The position numbers were made by a program, and so were the translations under genes. This document shows positions 9,143 through 17,933 of a DNA stretch of 64,000 nucleotides, in pieces (position 1 is the first letter of the stretch; each line of letters opens with the position of its first letter). The stretch is from Desulfobacterales bacterium. GTDB taxonomy: Bacteria > Desulfobacterota > Desulfobacteria > Desulfobacterales > UBA2174. The DNA is taken from positions 192,001 through 256,000 of the forward strand of contig CAXXWC010000021.1 of the NCBI GenBank assembly GCA_963668645.2, in the 5' to 3' direction. The notes under the pieces are model-generated. The model ran no database searches, was not told the DNA's origin, and saw only the letters and a program-made list of their open reading frames with translations.

Positions 9143-10297
9143 TCATCCACTGCCCGACGCGGGCTTTAAAGACCGCCCCTTTACCGTCAAAACGGCCTGC
9201 AACCCGAGCAGGGTCGCAAAGGCGAGGTAGCCGGCGGCCGGGTGCCAGCGTTTGCAAAGGGTATCCACGGCCACGGCCGTCACACTCATGCCCAGCCCCC
9301 AGGCAAGGTAGTAGGCCCCCGAGATGCTCCCCTTGAGCGCATCGGGGGCCGTGTCGTTGAGCCGCGCCATGGATGCCAGGTAAAAGGCCCCCAGGCCGAA
9401 GGCCGCCAGCGTAAGCAACCCCATGGCCCCCCAGAGCCCGGCAAAGGGGAAAATCCCTATGCCCAGGGCCGCGGCGGCCAGCCCGAATTGCATGATCCGG
9501 CGCCGGCCGTGCCGGTCGGCAAGGGGGCCGACGATGATCTGCGAGATGCTGATCATCAGGTAGAACAGGACGAAAAAAAGGGCCGTCAGTCCGGCCAGGG
9601 CCCCGTGGCAAGAGATGAGAAACCCGGGAATCACAGTCAGAAACATGCCGTAGGCCCCGCCCCACAAGAATATCCCCCACAGGGCGCCGGCAACACCCGG
9701 GGCACCCAGCAGCCGCCCCACGTCGGCCGGCCGAATCCGGACACCGGCCGCCGGTACGGCGCCGTATTCCATTTTTGCTGTGGCCAGGATCGCCGCACCG
9801 GCCAGGCAGAGCGTCGCGTAAAGACCGAAGGCGGCCTGGCCGCGGCACAGATAGCCGACCACCGGCCCCAGGGTCAGACCGATATGGATGGCGGCGTTGT
9901 AGCGGCCCATGGCCGCGGCGCGCCGGTCGCCATAGTGCACCGAGAGCAGCGCCACGCCCAGGGACCATGCCGGGGCTTCCCCGGCTCCCTGCACCAGGCG
10001 TCCGAACAGCATAAGGCCCGGGCCTGAAGCCAGAGTAAAGATCAGCCCGGCCCCGGTGCAAACGAGGTAACCGGCAACCAGAAAGACCCTGGCCCCGTAC
10101 CGGTCGGCCAGATACCCCGCCGGCAGCTGGGACGCCACGTAAGTCACGGCAAAAAAGGTGCTCAAGAGCCCCAGGGAGGCTTGCTCGCCGGACAGGGCCA
10201 GCAGCCGCTGGGGCAGGATCGAGACGATGGCGCCCACGCCCACCATCATGCAAAAGGCTGCCAAAATCAGGGCAGCCTCCATTTGAAATCGTTTCAT
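9143..10297 (-). CDS. MFS transporter
   Basis: ATG 10297 with GGAAG upstream; about 12 hydrophobic segments; MFS motif A twice (GYLADRYGAR, GPLADRHGRR). Confidence 0.88.
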   Translation of the reverse strand: MKRFQMEAALILAAFCMMVGVGAIVSILPQRLLALSGEQASLGLLSTFFAVTYVASQLPAGYLADRYGARVFLVAGYLVCTGAGLIFTLASGPGLMLFGRLVQGAGEAPAWSLGVALLSVHYGDRRAAAMGRYNAAIHIGLTLGPVVGYLCRGQAAFGLYATLCLAGAAILATAKMEYGAVPAAGVRIRPADVGRLLGAPGVAGALWGIFLWGGAYGMFLTVIPGFLISCHGALAGLTALFFVLFYLMISISQIIVGPLADRHGRRRIMQFGLAAAALGIGIFPFAGLWGAMGLLTLAAFGLGAFYLASMARLNDTAPDALKGSISGAYYLAWGLGMSVTAVAVDTLCKRWHPAAGYLAFATLLGLQAVLTVKGRSLKPASGSG

Positions 10298-10530
10298 GAA
10301 TGCTTCCTTTCGAAAAACCGGTCCAGAAAAACCGGTGGGGTACCCACAGGTGCACTCCGGTCCCGGCCCGCTATCAGACGAGAACTGATGCCGACCGCTG
10401 GGCCCAGCAGGGCAGGTGGACGATTTTGGGAAAAAAGGCGCACGGGTAGACCGGCGGTGCGGCACGCAACTCACCCGTTGCCGCGCCCGTCTATAGGACC
10501 GCTATAAGACCGCCGGAGGTGCGCTTACCG

Positions 10531-10590
10531 TTAGAGGTATGCCGGGGGCGGTGGGGGAAGCAGGGGCAGGTACTCGTAAATGGCTTGCAT
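10531..10590 (-). CDS. Putative 19-aa polyproline leader peptide MQAIYEYLPLLPPPPPAYL
   Basis: AAGGAAGGA 5 nt before the ATG; five consecutive Pro codons (CCC CCA CCG CCC CCG); a hairpin plus T6 follows before the MFS gene. Confidence 0.35.
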   Translation of the reverse strand: MQAIYEYLPLLPPPPPAYL

Positions 10591-10605
10591 GGAAATCCTT
10601 CCTTG

Positions 10606-10634
10606 TCAGTAGATCGCCTGGCGGCTTTCGGCGT
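10606..10634 (-). repeat. Displaced copy of the last 29 nt of ugpC (direct repeat, att-like)
   Basis: TCAGTAGATCGCCTGGCGGCTTTCGGCGT is identical to 17905-17933. Confidence 0.9.
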
Positions 10635-10796
10635 GTCTTGCCGCCTCTGCCGGCAAGAATTAGTAGCCTATCCGGTCGGGGGCGTCAACTGCGCGGCAGC
10701 ATTTCCCGATGAATCCGAGTTTGTGGGTTCGAGGGGCGAAGACGGCCGGCCACGGTACCGGTCACAATGCCGGAGGTGCCGCGGCCGGCCGTTGAT

Positions 10797-12068
10797 TCAT
10801 CGCATCAGGCCCGGCAGAAAGAGGCTGATGCCGGGAAAGGCGCAGACCAGAAAGAGGGTGACCAGCATCGCAATCAAGAATGGAATCGCACCGCGGATCA
10901 CGACATCCGCGGGGGTTTTCGAAATGGAACTGCCCACGTAAAGCATGATCCCGACCGGTGGTGTGATCTGCCCGATGAGCACGGCCACGGCATAAATCAC
11001 GCCCAGGTGGATGAGACTGACGTTCAGTGTAATGGCGCAGGGCATGATGATCGGCAGGGTAACATAAAGAAGCGGGGTGCCTTCCATGAAAATCCCCATG
11101 ATGAGCAGCACGACCGAGACGCCGAGAATGAACGCCAGCGGCTTTAGCTTCCAGGCCACCACCAGATTGGTCATGGTCTGGGGAAAGCCCGTGAGCACGA
11201 GCACCTTGCCCAGGAGGGTCGCCGTACAGATGAGAAACAGCAGCATCGAAGTGACCCGCAGGGTGTCGTAAGCGGCGGTCTGAAAAGCCTTCCAGGTCAT
11301 TCCCCGATACCAGAAACCGGCCAGGATGGCGATTACGCATGCCACGGTGGCCGCCTCAGTCGGCGTGAAAATGCCACCGTAAATTCCTCCGAGAATCACG
11401 ACCGGAATCATCAAGGCGGGGATCGCATAGACGAAGGCCTTCCACCGCACTCCTGCCTGAACCGGTTCGAGCGCCTTGACTTTTTTGACCTTGCAGATGA
11501 TCACGGCCGTAATCATCAGCAAAGCCGCAGCCAGCAACCCCGGAATGATTCCGGCCATAAAGAGTGAAGCGATCGATCTTTCAACCAGCATGCCGTAAAT
11601 GATGAAGAAGAGACTCGGCGGAATCAGGTTCCCCAGGGTTCCGGTGACGCTGATCAGGCCGGCGGAGAACCCGTCGCTGTATCCCATCTCCCGCATCCTG
11701 GGAATCATGAGCGTTCCGATGGCCGCGATGGTCGCGGCCCCGGAACCGGTCAGCGCTCCGAAAAACACACAGGCGATCACGGCGCTGGCGGCAATGCCAC
11801 CCGTAATGTGGCCAAGCAGTGCCTGGATAAAATCGAGCAGCGCCTTGGCCGAATTCGAACGGATCATCAGGTTGCCGGCAAATACGAACAGGGGCACCGC
11901 CACCCAGGTGAAGTGATCCAGGTTGCCGTACATCATGTTGGAAATGCTGGAAAACGGCATGGAGTTGTGAAAAATCAAGACAATGGCGGCGCCCAGGCCG
12001 AACGAGACGGCAATCGGCACGCCGATGACGAACAGGCCGAACGCAAGTACCAGTCCGATGGTCAGCAT
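10797..12068 (-). CDS. dctM: TRAP transporter large permease
   Basis: AVPLFVFAGNLM, GTLGNLIPPS, GGIYGGIFTPTEAA and GQITPPVG motifs. Confidence 0.92.
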   Translation of the reverse strand: MLTIGLVLAFGLFVIGVPIAVSFGLGAAIVLIFHNSMPFSSISNMMYGNLDHFTWVAVPLFVFAGNLMIRSNSAKALLDFIQALLGHITGGIAASAVIACVFFGALTGSGAATIAAIGTLMIPRMREMGYSDGFSAGLISVTGTLGNLIPPSLFFIIYGMLVERSIASLFMAGIIPGLLAAALLMITAVIICKVKKVKALEPVQAGVRWKAFVYAIPALMIPVVILGGIYGGIFTPTEAATVACVIAILAGFWYRGMTWKAFQTAAYDTLRVTSMLLFLICTATLLGKVLVLTGFPQTMTNLVVAWKLKPLAFILGVSVVLLIMGIFMEGTPLLYVTLPIIMPCAITLNVSLIHLGVIYAVAVLIGQITPPVGIMLYVGSSISKTPADVVIRGAIPFLIAMLVTLFLVCAFPGISLFLPGLMR

Positions 12069-12565
12069 TTTCCACCCTCCTCCTTGAGTTGCTGGATGTT
12101 GTGCAGCATCCTTTCGATCGCGTGGAAAACGAAGAAGGCCATTCCCAGCGGCAGGCAGAGCTTGACGATCCATACCGGCACCGGGATCGAAGTAATCGAG
12201 CGGACGTGGATCATCTTCGTCATCATCACATCCGACCAGCAGGCATATAGAAAGAAGACACCAAAAACGATCATTACAGTGGAAATGAACATCTCAAATA
12301 TCGTTCGTGTTTTTCCTTTCAACATTTTCGGGAAAAGATCCACCGCCAGATGGGCCTCTTCCTTGATATTCACGCCGATAAAGGCAAATACGCTCCAGAT
12401 CATGAGCCAAACCGTCCACTCTTCGGCAACCCCGAAGGTGATTTTGAACGTGTATCGGGATACGATATTGACAAATATCATGGCGATCATCAGCACGAGC
12501 GCCACCAACCCTGAAACCTTGATCGTTTTTTCCAAACAATCGCTAATCCTCGTTATGATCTGCAT
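12062..12565 (-). CDS. dctQ: TRAP transporter small permease
   Basis: Four TM segments; NIVSRY, AEEW and HLAVD motifs; overlaps the dctM start. Confidence 0.88.
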   Translation of the reverse strand: MQIITRISDCLEKTIKVSGLVALVLMIAMIFVNIVSRYTFKITFGVAEEWTVWLMIWSVFAFIGVNIKEEAHLAVDLFPKMLKGKTRTIFEMFISTVMIVFGVFFLYACWSDVMMTKMIHVRSITSIPVPVWIVKLCLPLGMAFFVFHAIERMLHNIQQLKEEGGKC

Positions 12566-12581
12566 TGATTTGCTCCTGTAT

Positions 12582-12619
12582 TGCGGCGTCTTTCCGGCCG
12601 TTTCCGGCAAGACGCCGCA
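12582..12619 (-). other. Intercistronic hairpin between dctP and dctQ
   Basis: TGCGGCGTCTT pairs with AAGACGCCGCA; typical position for an mRNA-stabilising or attenuating stem after a binding-protein gene. Confidence 0.5.
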
Positions 12620-12675
12620 TCGCAGCACAGTTCCCGGCCTGCTGCTTTCCAGTGCGGACCGGGCCGGGTGAGGAT

Positions 12676-13761
12676 CTAATTTTTGAACCTTTCGATGATG
12701 TCGACGCCGGTTGCCGTGTAATTGGGGGCCAGTTCCCGGGCCTTGTTTATGATTTCCCACCCGTACTTGTTACCGAGTTTCTCATACAGGGGCTTTTCCG
12801 CGTCAATCCAACGCTGCTCTTCCTCGGGCGAAAGGGTCGTAACCGTAAATTTCCCCTGCTTTACAAGATCTGAAATTTCGCTCCATACTTTCAGGCGCAG
12901 TTCTTCCGACCCTTTTTCATATGCCTCGGCGGCAGTCTGAATGGCCTTGACCAATTCGGGTTTGAGCTCGTCCGGCACCTTGCTTTTCCACCACTGGGTG
13001 TTGACCACAAACCAGGAATAGCTGGAGTTGATATTGAACAATGTCACGTTATTGCAATAATCCATCAACCTGAAGATATTCCACCCGTTCTCGTTGGTCA
13101 TGATTCCGTCGATCATTCCCGTCTGAAAACCGCTGACGACCTCCGGCACCGCCATGCTGATCGTCGAGGCCCCGAGCAGCTCGGTCACGTCGGTGAAGGC
13201 CATTCCCGGCGCGCAGCGAATCTTCAAGCCTTTGAAGTCGTCGATGCTCTTGATCGGCTTCTTGTTGTTCCAGTATTTGTAAAAAAAGCTGGTGGAGCGA
13301 TAAGGGCATATCACCGTTATGCCCAGTGTTTCGATTTTCTCAAACATCTCCTTTCCCTGGGCCGTTTGGGCCAGGGTGTCATAGCAGTGCTGGGGGGATT
13401 TGAAGAGAAAAGGCAGGTCCAGAAGCTGAAACTCGGGATAATTCATGCTCAGATAGGAGCTGACTTCCCCGCTGAATTCAAGCCCGCCGATCTTGATCTG
13501 ATTGCGTGCTTCGGCGGTCGAGTAAAGCGAATTTCCCGGGTAGTGCTCGAACTTGATCTTGTCTTTCAATATCGGACTGGCGTTGATGTAGTTTTCGACG
13601 GCCTGACCGGCCAACGCCGCCGGATTCGTCATCGAGTAACCGTGCGCATAACGCATCATGATTTTCTTTGCAGCGACAGCCGGATGAACGGTTATCGCCA
13701 TGACGGCCAAAAGGACAACCGTGCCGGTAAAAAAGGGGAACCTTGCTTTTCTCGCTTTCAT
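12676..13761 (-). CDS. dctP: TRAP transporter substrate-binding protein
   Basis: Signal peptide; YPGNSLY, LDLPFLF, DFKGLKIR (conserved Arg) and GFQTGMIDG motifs. Confidence 0.88.
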   Translation of the reverse strand: MKARKARFPFFTGTVVLLAVMAITVHPAVAAKKIMMRYAHGYSMTNPAALAGQAVENYINASPILKDKIKFEHYPGNSLYSTAEARNQIKIGGLEFSGEVSSYLSMNYPEFQLLDLPFLFKSPQHCYDTLAQTAQGKEMFEKIETLGITVICPYRSTSFFYKYWNNKKPIKSIDDFKGLKIRCAPGMAFTDVTELLGASTISMAVPEVVSGFQTGMIDGIMTNENGWNIFRLMDYCNNVTLFNINSSYSWFVVNTQWWKSKVPDELKPELVKAIQTAAEAYEKGSEELRLKVWSEISDLVKQGKFTVTTLSPEEEQRWIDAEKPLYEKLGNKYGWEIINKARELAPNYTATGVDIIERFKN

Positions 13762-13848
13762 CGATTCGCATCCTTTCTGCTCAACTATGTACCTTGTCCG
13801 ACCAGAATCCATCCGAAAACGCCTCGGTCCATTGGCTACCTGCGTTTT

Positions 13849-15972
13849 TTATCGAAGTACGGCCAGCGCATCGGCCGCCACAGCACCTTTTCCCTTCTCG
13901 AAGACGATCAACGGATTGATGTCCAGCTCCACGATACGATCCTTGAGGACCGTTGCCATCTCGGAGATCTTGAGCAACACGTCTACCAGGGCTTCAATGT
14001 CTCTTGGCGTTCCCCCCCTGGCCCCCTTCAGCAGCGGATAGGCCTTCAGCTCCTCCAGCATTTCGACGATATCGAAACGGCTCAGGGGCAGGATCCGGCT
14101 CGACACGTCCTTCATCACTTCGACGAAAATGCCGCCCAGACCGACGACCAGTACCATCCCGTAGTTGTCGTCGTTCTTCAGTCCGACCAGCAACTCGATG
14201 CCTTTCGGCACCATGTTGGAAACCATGATCCCTTCGATGCGAGCGCCCGCAGCGGCCTTTTGTACGTTGTTGATGATCGTTTCATAGGCTTTGCCGGCTT
14301 CGGGCGCAGACGGCAGGTTCAATGCCACGGCACCGATGTCCGACTTATGGGGAATATCGGCGGAGACCACTTTGAGGACCACCGGAAAGCCGATACGCTC
14401 GGCGGCCGCCACGGCTTCGTCCCTTGATTTTGCCACGATGTCGGTTGTGACCGGTATGCCGAATTGTTTCAGGATCTTTTTCGAAGTGAACTCATCCTGC
14501 TTGCCACTGAGACCGGCGGACGGATCAGGGCAGTCCGGCCCCTGACCGGATCCCGGGCACGATTGTCCACAGGACCGCTTCTGATGTTTTTCGATCTCCA
14601 GGCGAAAGCGATTCATCTGCCCGAGGGCATAGATGCATTTGCCAGGATGCTCGTAGAGGGGGATTCCGTTCTTGGCAAAGTCGCTGCGGATCTGATCGTT
14701 GCAGGCCATCCAGGTTACGAAAATCGGTTTGTCCGTACCTTTGTCAAGCTTTTCGATGGGCGGAATGAGCACGTCTTTCAGATGCTCTAAAAGTCCGATG
14801 AAGATAACGACGGCGTCCGTACCGGGATCGTTGGCGGCACAGCGGATCGCATCCGAAAATTTTTCAGGATCTCCCAGGACCTGGGCCGTCAGGTCGACCG
14901 GGTTGTTGGGCGACCCGAAATACGGAATCAGCGAACGCAGTTTTTCGACCGTTTTGTTCTCAAAGGTATGAACATTCAAGCCGAACCGTTCGCAATCATC
15001 GGCCATCACCACACCGGCACCTCCGGAAATCGAAACGATGGCAACGTTCGGCCCCTTGATTCTCTTGGACATATTGAAGGCCTTGACGCAGTCGAGCAAT
15101 TGCTCCGTGCCATACACTCTCAATATTCCGGTTTGCTTGAACAGGGCTTCGACCAGATTGTCCCCTCCGGCAATGGAACCGGTATGCGAGGCGGCCGCCT
15201 GGCTGCCGGCTTTGGAAGTGCCGGCTTTCATGACGATCAGCGGCTTTTCATTTTCCAGCGCTTTGTTGGCGCATAGACGCAGTTTCGGAACGTCGTTGAT
15301 CGCTTCCAGGTAGGCGGCCACGGCCTGCGTGTTTTCGTCATCGAGTACATATTCGATGTAATCGGAGGTCGTGAGCTGGGCCTCGTTGCCGCTGCTAATC
15401 ATATAGCTGAAGCCGATGCCCATCTCCTTGGCCATGCCGTAAAAATGGTACCCCATCGCACCGCTCTGGGAGCAAAACGCGATCGGCCCTTTGCGGTAGG
15501 CCCCACGTACCAGCGATCCGGTGAAGGTGGCGGGAATGTCGTCCCAATGATCGATGAAACCCTGACAATTGGGACCCGATATCAGCAAGTTGCTTTTCTC
15601 GGCGATCTCGACGATCCTCTGTTGCAGCGCCTTTCCCTCTTTTCCGGCCTCCGAAAACCCGGATGAAATGATCAGTGCCGCCTTGATGCCCTTTTGCACC
15701 GCTGCTTCAAGGGCGGCGGGTACGAATTCGGCGCGTATCGACACGATGAGCAGGTCGGCCGGTTCGGGCAGAGCGTCGATTCCCGGATAGCATTCAAGCC
15801 CCTGCAGCGTCGTGTATTTCGGGTTGACCGGATAGATCTTTCCTTTGAACCCATACTGTTTTAAAAATTTTATCGGCCGGCCACCGATGCTGTTGTCGTT
15901 TGCCGATGCGCCCAGCACGGCGATACTGCTCGGTTTCAGAAGTGCACTCAAACGGTTTTGCGGCGTTGTCAT
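13849..15972 (-). CDS. NDP-forming acyl-CoA synthetase (acetate-CoA ligase family, fused alpha/beta)
   Basis: SIAVLGAS CoA-binding motif, GPNCQG, SQSGA, SSGNEA, catalytic His in ASHTGS, ATP-grasp IPHKSDIGAV and ELDINPL. Confidence 0.9.
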   Translation of the reverse strand: MTTPQNRLSALLKPSSIAVLGASANDNSIGGRPIKFLKQYGFKGKIYPVNPKYTTLQGLECYPGIDALPEPADLLIVSIRAEFVPAALEAAVQKGIKAALIISSGFSEAGKEGKALQQRIVEIAEKSNLLISGPNCQGFIDHWDDIPATFTGSLVRGAYRKGPIAFCSQSGAMGYHFYGMAKEMGIGFSYMISSGNEAQLTTSDYIEYVLDDENTQAVAAYLEAINDVPKLRLCANKALENEKPLIVMKAGTSKAGSQAAASHTGSIAGGDNLVEALFKQTGILRVYGTEQLLDCVKAFNMSKRIKGPNVAIVSISGGAGVVMADDCERFGLNVHTFENKTVEKLRSLIPYFGSPNNPVDLTAQVLGDPEKFSDAIRCAANDPGTDAVVIFIGLLEHLKDVLIPPIEKLDKGTDKPIFVTWMACNDQIRSDFAKNGIPLYEHPGKCIYALGQMNRFRLEIEKHQKRSCGQSCPGSGQGPDCPDPSAGLSGKQDEFTSKKILKQFGIPVTTDIVAKSRDEAVAAAERIGFPVVLKVVSADIPHKSDIGAVALNLPSAPEAGKAYETIINNVQKAAAGARIEGIMVSNMVPKGIELLVGLKNDDNYGMVLVVGLGGIFVEVMKDVSSRILPLSRFDIVEMLEELKAYPLLKGARGGTPRDIEALVDVLLKISEMATVLKDRIVELDINPLIVFEKGKGAVAADALAVLR

Positions 15973-16002
15973 CGATCTTCCTCCAACCGATTATTTTCAT
16001 AC

Positions 16003-16034
16003 CGGGCACCGCCGTCAGTCCCAGGCGGTGCCCG
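16003..16034 (-). other. Intercistronic hairpin
   Basis: CGGGCACCGCC pairs with GGCGGTGCCCG between the VOC and ligase genes. Confidence 0.45.
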
Positions 16035-16051
16035 CAAAGCTCACGTTTTGC

Positions 16052-16507
16052 CTAATCGAGATTCCAGGCCTTGCGCATTCTTTCGGCGGACCCGGCCTCC
16101 TTGTACTCTCCGAGCCATTCCATTACCTGAAGCACCGCCCCGAACGAGTTTCTCTTTCCGACCAGCACTTCGCGCCGCACCCCGTCAATTTCCTTGTAGG
16201 CCGAATACTTTGCCCCGAGGCCGTCCAAAAGCTTCATGAAGTCGTCGAGACTTTCGACATCGATGCCGATGTGCTGCAAACTTTCGCCGTATCTTGCGAT
16301 ATGATCAGCAACGAAGCTGTCTTCGGACGTGGCTTCGAGAAGACCGATGATCATATCGCCTCCGACCGTATAGGCATCTGATCGATATTTCATCTTTTCA
16401 TTGCTGACCTGCATCAGCAGCTTGGCCCCGTAAATCTCGGTCAGCCTCTTGCCCACTTCCGTCATGTTCTTTACGGCAAAACTGATATGATCGACTTTCT
16501 TCAGCAT
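16052..16507 (-). CDS. VOC (glyoxalase) family protein, methylmalonyl-CoA epimerase-like
   Basis: VDHISFAV, GLLEA, SLQHIGIDV and LQVME metal-ligand pattern. Confidence 0.8.
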   Translation of the reverse strand: MLKKVDHISFAVKNMTEVGKRLTEIYGAKLLMQVSNEKMKYRSDAYTVGGDMIIGLLEATSEDSFVADHIARYGESLQHIGIDVESLDDFMKLLDGLGAKYSAYKEIDGVRREVLVGKRNSFGAVLQVMEWLGEYKEAGSAERMRKAWNLD

Positions 16508-16554
16508 CTGTCAGTTCCTTTCACCTTGAAGTCATCTTTCTGCCGCCATTTCAA

Positions 16555-17292
16555 TCATGACTTTCTGTTTTGTTTTTCGGTTTCAAACGTTTTCAGGCGC
16601 TTTCCGACATCCAAAAGGTGCAGCTTGAACAGATCAGCCGCCTGTTCATGATCCCTGGCGATGACCAACGCCAGGATCTTCCGGTGGTCTTCGACAACCT
16701 GTCTGGACGTATCCAGGTCGGCGGCGATCTCACCAAGCAGAGCCCCATGCACGGCCATGATGCACTCCATGATCATCACGAAGACATGGTTCTTGGTCGC
16801 CCTGGCCAGCAGCTTGTGAAAGCGCACGTTGTCCTCGGTGGCCATGATGTTGTTTTCAACTTTTTCCTGGGCGGCTTTGACATTTTCGGTGAGCACCGCA
16901 ATATCGCCGTCGTCCCGGTTGTCGATGGCATAACGCAGAACGACACTTTCCATTTCAAGCCGTGCGGTCACCAGTTCATCGATGGACACCTTTCGCAGCC
17001 GGAAAACATCCAGGCTGAGATTTCTCATGGTCCGGTGGAGCATGTCCTGCACCACCGGCCCGCCCCTGCCGCCGGTCTGGATCGTGATGAACCCCTGCAT
17101 TTCCAGCAGGCGCAGCGCTTCTCGGGTCGTCTGGCGCCCCACGTTGAACTGCCGGGAAAGCTCGATTTCCGAGGGCAGTTTGTCGCCCGGATTCAAATCT
17201 CCGTTGAAAATCAGTTCTTTGATGTGATCCGAAACCGCCTCAAAGGCTCTGGTGCTCTTCAGGGGGTGAAACAGACCGGGTTTGTCACTCAT
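16555..17292 (-). CDS. FadR/GntR family transcriptional regulator
   Basis: PGDKLPSEIELSRQFNVGRQTTREAL wHTH; FCD-type FHKLLARATKN...DHRKI. Confidence 0.92.
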   Translation of the reverse strand: MSDKPGLFHPLKSTRAFEAVSDHIKELIFNGDLNPGDKLPSEIELSRQFNVGRQTTREALRLLEMQGFITIQTGGRGGPVVQDMLHRTMRNLSLDVFRLRKVSIDELVTARLEMESVVLRYAIDNRDDGDIAVLTENVKAAQEKVENNIMATEDNVRFHKLLARATKNHVFVMIMECIMAVHGALLGEIAADLDTSRQVVEDHRKILALVIARDHEQAADLFKLHLLDVGKRLKTFETEKQNRKS

Positions 17293-17321
17293 GCTTCCTC
17301 CTACTATGATCTATCTATTTG

Positions 17322-17334
17322 TCAGACAGTCTGA
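17322..17334. promoter_or_regulatory. Candidate FadR/GntR operator
   Basis: Palindrome TCAGAC-A-GTCTGA about 30 bp upstream of the GntR start. Confidence 0.5.
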
Positions 17335-17829
17335 TTGTTAGCCCATTAATATTCCTTTACCGCGATGTCAACAGATATTTTGATCCGTCACGGCCATCAC
17401 GGCACTATTTGAGATAACCCATTTTTTACGCAGGATTTTTTCCGTTACACGTGCGGTATACCCCTGGCGGTTTGATGAAGCGTCGACCGGTGTTGCCGAT
17501 GCAAAAGGCCGGGTCAACCATTATGCGGGATATTGTGACGGGCTTGCGATATCCGGCTGGATGTTTCCGCTATTTGCCGGCTTTCGGACAGGTAGCGATC
17601 AGCCGGTGGTCGTTCCGGCACAGCGGCAGACGTACGCTGTCTGAAGACCCGTAGGGCCCGTGGGTCGCAACGCGGCGGATTTTCTCAATGCTTCGCCCGG
17701 GAAGGCTGAAAGAGATGAACCGCGGCGTGGTGTAAACACGGCCGGGTCCGGTGCCGCGCATTGCGCGGCCTTGGGCGGCAGTTTGCACGTGCGAGCGGCG
17801 CGGTAGCCGGAAGCCCGTTGCCTTGAGAA

Positions 17830-17864
17830 GAGAAAATCCGGCCAAATCAGGAGGATTTGGCCGG
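17830..17864 (-). terminator. Rho-independent terminator of ugpC
   Basis: Minus strand reads CCGGCCAAATC-CTCCT-GATTTGGCCGG followed by ATTTTCTC. Confidence 0.65.
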
Positions 17865-17904
17865 GGAACGCGGTCTTTTTGCCAGAGGCTGTATTCGCCG
17901 GCCT

Positions 17905-17933
17905 TCAGTAGATCGCCTGGCGGCTTTCGGCGT
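17905..17933 (-). repeat. 29-bp direct repeat (copy inside the ugpC 3' end)
   Basis: Identical to 10606-10634. Confidence 0.9.

Larger units (their letters stand above)
10635..17904. mobile_element. Putative acquired catabolic island (GntR-VOC-acyl-CoA ligase-TRAP) integrated at the ugpC 3' end
   Basis: Bounded by the 29-bp direct repeat; looks AT-richer than the flanks by eye; contains no integrase. Confidence 0.5.

Noticed and set aside
17676..17840. 11-bp inverted repeat CGGATTTTCTC/GAGAAAATCCG as MITE ends
   Set aside because: The right copy is part of the ugpC terminator; no target duplication and no second copy in the window.
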